From Vicugna vicugna (lineage: Eukaryota): a DNA stretch of 64,000 nt. The notes beneath the pieces were generated by a model, which was not told the origin of the DNA, did no database searches, and worked only from the letters and a program-made list of their open reading frames with translations. The translations under genes were made by a program, and so were the position numbers. The number at the start of each line of letters is the position of its first letter. Positions within the stretch are counted from its first letter, which is position 1. Where the stretch lies: positions 1,220,963-1,284,962 of the forward strand of contig MU058781.1 in assembly GCA_013265495.1 (NCBI GenBank), in the 5' to 3' direction. Below, piece after piece: positions 61,560 to 64,000 of this stretch.

Positions 61560-64000
61560 AGGACCTGACTAAGTAGGTGAAACTGACAGGCGATCTCTGC
61601 ATAAAAATGGTGGTCAAAAAAAAAAAAAAAGCCTTAAGCCAAGAATTTATTTTAAAAGGGTCACACCTTGACAGAGACCCCAGGTTCCTGACAGAAGCAA
61701 ATTTCTTTGGAGGAATGCTACTTCATGCAGATTGCTTAAAATTTCCATAGATAAAGTTCCACTGAACACGATCTCACATTCAAAAATCATGGAGTGTGTG
61801 AGAAAACCAGGAGCCCTGAGCAAAAGTGCATGGAAAAGGCAGACAGACCTAGAAAGACTTTGGTTGTCAATATAGTTGGAAAATGTATACATTTAGAGAA
61901 ATGCTTGATGGTTTACAAATGTTTCGTGATATGTTCAAAGAAATAAAAAGGACCATTGAAATTATGATTAAGACAAAGATTAGAAACAATGACCAAGCAG
62001 TTTTGAAAAGGCGCCAAACGAAACTTGTAGAAATGAAAATGACAATGATTGAAATTTTAAAAATACAATAGATAGATTAAGTAGGTTAGACACATCTGAA
62101 AAGTAGATTCAAGATAGAGTTAAAATTATTACTCAGGGGCAACCCAGAAAGACAACCAGCTGGAGCAGGGTGAAACGACAGGGAATGGAGGCTGGGGAAC
62201 AGCTAATCACATCTAATCTGAGTTCCAGGAAAGTATATGAGAACCAGGGAGAAGCAATACTTGGAGACTGAATGGCTGAAAATTTTCCAGATCTGATGGA
62301 CAACAAGACCAGATTCAGGAATTAAAGTGAGATCAAAGTGGGATAAATAAAAAGAAAACTGCCCCATACCATTACTGTAAAACCACAGAATAATAAAGGA
62401 AAAGAGAAGGTCTTAGAAGACGCCAAAGAGAGAAAAGAATGTATACATTAAAAAGAATGATTTTTACACAGGCAGGATACAATGGAAGCTAGAAAACAAT
62501 AGACTAGTGTTTTCAAAGAGTTAAGAAAAAAAAAACTACCAATCTGGAATGTAAAGCCTGTGTGAATTATAGTTAGAGCCAAGCCAAAAGAAAGACATTT
62601 TTGGATAAATAAAAAAATAAGAAATTTGATAATCAAAGAGCCCTTATTAAAGTAAATAAATCAGAATAAATAGGTAAGAGCTTCAGAAGGAAAAAGGAAA
62701 ATCCAGAATAAAGATGAAACACAGAAAATCATGTTAAGCAAAGAAAGTGGTTAACATTTAATGAAACCAAAACAAACCTCGACCGTATAAAACAAAAAGA
62801 ATTTAATTTGTAAGTATCTAATTTGTAATGTTCAAAATAAAGAGAGAATTAAAATAGCACATGGGTGAAAAAAGACAGTGATCAAATGACACACTATTGG
62901 CAAGGGGGGTAAAAAATAAGTGCTTAACTTATTAAGCAGGCCTGTTAAATGGTTTGGGGAACCAAGATTAAAAGTATAATTTATTATTTTCAAACTAGTA
63001 GAGGGCAAACAATAGGACGAGAAACACAAATCAATCCAAAAGAAAGCATGAGACGAAAAAAGAAACATGGTAACGTACGGCAAATAGAAAACATAAAATA
63101 GCAGGAAAAAACCCAAATGCATTCAGAGTGTGATAGCCTGGATAAAAATAGCCAACCTGGGTGAAAATACAAATCTAACTAGGGTTTAGCTGTTGATAAG
63201 AGACATACTTAAAACATAAAGACACAGAAAGTTTGAAAGTGAAAAAGATGGGAAATATACCAGAAAAATACTAGCCAGAAGAAAAGGTAGCTAGCTCTAT
63301 TAACACAGAACCACAACATTAAAAATACTTGTAAGGAAAAAGTATTCCTAAAGATAACAGGTCATTCTATAATGATAAACATTTACTTTACACATCAAAA
63401 AATATGTCATTATTCTAAACTTTAACGTTTACGACTAAGAGATCCTAACGATATCATTAACATTAGAGGAGAAAAGATACTAATGAAACTCCAAGGACAA
63501 ATTTATAAATCAGCCATTGCTGCAGAATATGTTAACACAACCCTGACAATAATTGTTAGGTGAAGCAAACATAAACAACAATAAAAAGTAACAACATAAG
63601 ACTTTTTCACAGCCCAATTAACAAGTTTGAATTTATGCATTACTCAAAATTTGAATATATGTTTATTTTAAGATAACCAGAATATTCTTAGAATGAACTA
63701 TGTGCTAGACTTATAAAGCAAGTCAACTCATTTCAAAGAAGGTATCATATGGCCAAATCCTTTCACAGCAATGAAATTAGGTTAAAAATTAATAACCAAC
63801 TGAAAACTAAGCAAAAAACTTTGATTTGGAAACTTGTCATGCTCCCCAACAACTTGTGAGCAAAAAATAAAGAAATTATGATGATTAGAAGAAAGATAAT
63901 GAAAATACCCATATTAAAACATGAAATGCAGCTAACATATTACTTAGAGAAATGTTTTTTGCTTTAAGTGCTTACAATCAGGCTGAAAAATACACAAAGC
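61560..64000 (+). mobile_element. Old L1 (L1M) fragment: decayed ORF1, spacer and ORF2 endonuclease region; runs off the window end
   Basis: ORF1-like ATGGCTGAAAATTTTCCAGA..AAAGAGAAGGTCTTAG..ACAATGGAAGCTAGAA; EN-like GAGACATACTTAAAA..GACACAGAAAGTTTGAAAGTGAAA; many stops and frameshifts. Confidence 0.8.

Noticed and set aside
1..64000. CRISPR arrays, operons, rRNA or other prokaryote-type systems
   Set aside because: The sequence is clearly mammalian; there are no regularly spaced repeats, gene-dense ORFs or rRNA-like segments.

Overview
Mammalian non-coding DNA, most likely from a camelid (camel/alpaca/llama). That assignment is inferred from seven copies of a tRNA-Ala(AGC)-derived vic-1-type SINE and artiodactyl-type L1 3' ends. 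I find no intact protein-coding gene; nearly all ORFs in the track are incidental frames in repeats or unique DNA. The one protein-derived sequence I recognise is an intronless, frameshifted, 3'-truncated NDUFA3 retrocopy (~31.7-31.9 kb), whose reading frame runs on into unrelated and L2 sequence. Much of the window is transposon remnants: L1, L2, L3/CR1, MIR, MaLR and ERV1 solo LTRs, and hAT/Tigger elements. These include two adjacent MER41-like solo LTRs with independent 4-bp TSDs, one keeping a STAT (GAS) site. Repeat-poor, motif-dense blocks (~12.4-14.1 kb, ~52.4-53.5 kb) and an orphan CpG-rich patch (~8.3-8.95 kb) look like cis-regulatory DNA of an intergenic or large-intron region. Repeat family names come from my recall of consensus sequences, and boundaries without TSDs are approximate. 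I see no evidence for a genuinely new biological system; the findings are modest, testable oddities.
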